64,000 nucleotides of DNA, from NCBI GenBank assembly GCA_964576865.1, contig CAZNVK010000003.1, forward strand, positions 25,245 through 89,244, in the 5' to 3' direction. Below the pieces are notes generated by a model, which saw only the letters and a program-made list of their open reading frames with translations, ran no database searches and was not told where the DNA came from. This DNA is from an uncultured Candidatus Poseidoniales archaeon (GTDB taxonomy: Archaea > Thermoplasmatota > Poseidoniia > Poseidoniales > Thalassarchaeaceae). Every line of letters begins with the position of its first letter. Within the stretch, counting starts at the first letter, position 1. Position numbers and translations under genes: made by a program. Shown here piece by piece: positions 61,854 to 64,000 of this stretch.

Positions 61854-62870
61854 TTGGAACGAGTCGTATACACGAAGGCCGGAGGACTCCACACTATCGA
61901 GTTTGCAGCCTGTGAAAACCGTGCTCCGAAAGCGGGTGAAGTGCAGGTACGAGTGCATCGGGCTGGAATCAACTTCGCTGACCTGATGATGCGACAGGGG
62001 CTCTACGGCTCGGCCCCCGATTTTCCTTTCACCCCCGGTTACGAGGCAAGCGGAGTAATCTCGTCCGTAGGTGAAGGAGTCGAAGGGTTAGAAATTGGTC
62101 AGCGTGTTCTGGCGATGCCAGGGTTCGGCGGTTATGCTCAATCGGTTACACTCGAGGCTAGCAGAGCCATTCCCATCCCCGATTCGATGTCATTCGATGC
62201 CGCCGCCAGCCTAGGTGTGACCTACGGGACCGCCTACCATATGCTGGTTCATCTAGGTGGTCTTCGGGCTGGCCACGGCGTTCTGATCCATCACGCGGCT
62301 GGTGGTGTGGGAACAGCGGCAGCCCAAATCTGTCAAGCATTGGGAGCGACCAATTTGATTGGAACCGCGAGCGCGGCCAAGAAGGAATTCGTCGAAGCGC
62401 AGGGAATGCGCTTTGTCGACCGGGACTCTGAGGATTTCGTCGCGGTCTGCAAATCATTGACCGATGGAAAGGGCGTTCACCAAGCCATCGACCCCGTTGG
62501 CGGGTCGCACCTATTGCGCTCGTACAAGGCATTACGAAATGGCGGCAAACTCCATTGTTTCGGAGCATCTTCAGCCATCCCGGGCTCGAAGCGTTCGATG
62601 TTCGCCGCCCTCAAAATGTGGCGCAGCACACCGAAATTTGATCCATTGAAGATGATGAACTCGAATAAAGCCGTCTTCGGCGTCCACATGGGCCGTCTCG
62701 AAGACGAGAGCCTATTCGCTGAACACATGCAGGCGCTCGCCCAGATGCTCGTCGCCAACCAGATTAATCCAATCATCGACAGCGTCTGGCCATTCCGACA
62801 AGTCGCAGATGCGCAAAAGCACATGCACGACCGAAAAAATCGAGGTAAAATCCTACTCAATTTTGAGTGA
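61854..62870 (+). CDS. Zn-independent MDR / VAT-1-like NADPH quinone oxidoreductase
   Basis: AGINFADLM.RQGLY, PGYE, AAGGVG, RKNRGKI. Confidence 0.9.
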   Translation: MERVVYTKAGGLHTIEFAACENRAPKAGEVQVRVHRAGINFADLMMRQGLYGSAPDFPFTPGYEASGVISSVGEGVEGLEIGQRVLAMPGFGGYAQSVTLEASRAIPIPDSMSFDAAASLGVTYGTAYHMLVHLGGLRAGHGVLIHHAAGGVGTAAAQICQALGATNLIGTASAAKKEFVEAQGMRFVDRDSEDFVAVCKSLTDGKGVHQAIDPVGGSHLLRSYKALRNGGKLHCFGASSAIPGSKRSMFAALKMWRSTPKFDPLKMMNSNKAVFGVHMGRLEDESLFAEHMQALAQMLVANQINPIIDSVWPFRQVADAQKHMHDRKNRGKILLNFE

Positions 62871-62871
62871 A

Positions 62872-63204
62872 TCACATATCGACGCCGGCACCAGCCAGCG
62901 CCATAATCTCGCCATTGACGACCAACGTAACATCGTCTGGGATTGTGATTCCTCCAGCTCCCCATGAGGCGATAATCGGAACGGCCAATTGCTTGTACCC
63001 TTCACTTTCTATTACCGCGTTCATCGTCTCCATATCCGGCCAAAGGCTGACCGCGACAATCGTATCCGCATCTACGGCAAGGGCACCACGGATGCACCCA
63101 TTCTCCAGTGCGTAGTCGAGGAAGTTATCCTTCCAAGCCTGCGCCATTTCTGCTGTTACTTCATTTCCTCCAGTGCTGACGCACCAGTACCTTGCGATAG
63201 GCAT
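62872..63204 (-). CDS. Hypothetical protein (possible dimeric alpha-beta barrel)
   Basis: 110-aa ORF with VAVSLWPDME pattern. Confidence 0.6.
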   Translation of the reverse strand: MPIARYWCVSTGGNEVTAEMAQAWKDNFLDYALENGCIRGALAVDADTIVAVSLWPDMETMNAVIESEGYKQLAVPIIASWGAGGITIPDDVTLVVNGEIMALAGAGVDM

Positions 63205-63338
63205 GATTTCTCATGAGCAATAGGAGGTATCAATCTTCTCTAAGCGGCTGAAATCAAGAAGCGTTGAAATCAACCTGAATCCGCGTTTTTTACCCGCCGA
63301 GGATTTGACTAGCAATCAGCGCGAGAAAAATTTGCGTC

Positions 63339-63387
63339 GCCGCGAAGCGGCTGGAATGAGCGCAGTCGCGCTCTCGAGAGCGCGACA
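63339..63387 (-). repeat. Dispersed two-hairpin repeat, copy B (includes 22-bp perfect palindrome 63365-63386)
   Basis: Minus strand reads tgtcgcgctc-tcgag-agcgcgactgcgctcat-tcc-agccgc-ttc-gcggc. Confidence 0.75.
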
Positions 63388-63394
63388 CATCAAA

Positions 63395-63805
63395 TCAGAG
63401 GCGTACTGGCCGTGTCGCACCACAGGCCTGGCACTTGAGCAAGGTAGTGCGGTCTTCCTTGATGAAGCGAGTATCGGGTGCGCGGCACTGCTCACAGAGA
63501 ATGTAGGTCTTGACGTAGCCGACGATCTTCTCCTTGATTCGCTTTGGAGGAATTCGCCCCTTGAACATCACACGAACCTGCTCGCGTGTGCCAGAGGTTC
63601 CCAATTCGTTGATGAGGTACTGGTAGACGTGATTAGCGTCGCGGTCCATCGAATCGACGATTGCCGCGAAGTTGCGGATAATGGTCTGCGAACCCTCGAC
63701 GAGAATCTCCGGTTGAGGCATGGTCCAGCGGTTGCGCTCGCTGATATCCTTCGGGATGCGCTCGCGTGCTCGGTCGAGCAGAGCATCGTATTCGAAGTCA
63801 GCCAT
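63395..63805 (-). CDS. eif2b: Translation initiation factor 2 subunit beta (aIF-2beta)
   Basis: YDALLDRA, EG.QTIIRNF, ELGT, YILCEQCRAPDT, CQACGA. Confidence 0.96.
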   Translation of the reverse strand: MADFEYDALLDRARERIPKDISERNRWTMPQPEILVEGSQTIIRNFAAIVDSMDRDANHVYQYLINELGTSGTREQVRVMFKGRIPPKRIKEKIVGYVKTYILCEQCRAPDTRFIKEDRTTLLKCQACGATRPVRL

Positions 63806-63919
63806 CGGGTCGGGCGAGCCGCGCCCCCTTTTTCACCCCACCGGGCGACTATGCCCCTCGAATCACTCGCCCAACCCTCTCGCGCCAACCGTCAAAGACC
63901 AGTTCGCCTACCCGTGAAC

Positions 63920-64000
63920 ATGGACGAGGTCATCGAGGTCAAGGTGGCGCGAGTCCACGAAGACGCTCAACTTCCAACCCGCGGCAGCGCCCACGCTGCC
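63920..64000 (+). CDS. dut: dUTP diphosphatase, 5' fragment (runs off the window)
   Basis: MDEVIEVKVARVHEDAQLPTRGSAHAA matches the trimeric dUTPase N-terminus leading into motif 1 (AGxDL). Confidence 0.75.
   Translation, partial: MDEVIEVKVARVHEDAQLPTRGSAHAA

Overview
A 64-kb chromosomal window from a GC-rich archaeon. It carries archaeal information genes (RpoE', Spt4, eS24, eS31/S27ae, aRF1, aIF-2beta, XPD, DTD2, NOG1) mixed with bacterial-type amino-acid catabolism and giant acidic surface proteins, which fits Marine Group II / Poseidoniales best (inference). About 54 CDS and one tRNA-Leu(TAA); no CRISPR array, rRNA, transposase, integrase or provirus was seen. Main blocks: S8 protease; proline dehydrogenase; rpoE1-spt4-rps24e-rps27ae operon; a 1.9-kaa FG-GAP/CARDB surface protein; purC with an aminotransferase IV/sulfotransferase pair; a nitrogen-linked cluster (beta-propeller-fused amino-acid ABC permease, ATPase, gdhA, HD hydrolase, RHH regulator, REC-dikinase hybrid); a 2979-aa TSP3/transglutaminase-like adhesin; folB/folM-like genes; the lipA-bkd-lpdA-lipB operon; a SAP-M28 peptidase; argS/aRF1/pyrH. 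Best leads: (1) a receiver + PEP-synthase ATP-grasp + divergent phospho-His protein with no substrate domain, possibly a non-canonical His-Asp phosphorelay near gdhA; (2) an ABC permease with an Asp-box beta-propeller where a solute-binding domain would be expected; (3) a folded element made of inverted and direct copies of the tRNA-Leu 3' end; (4) a dispersed two-hairpin repeat present twice with conserved stems and different loops; (5) a SAP DNA-binding domain joined through a membrane helix to an M28 peptidase. All family calls come from motif recognition by eye, not database searches.
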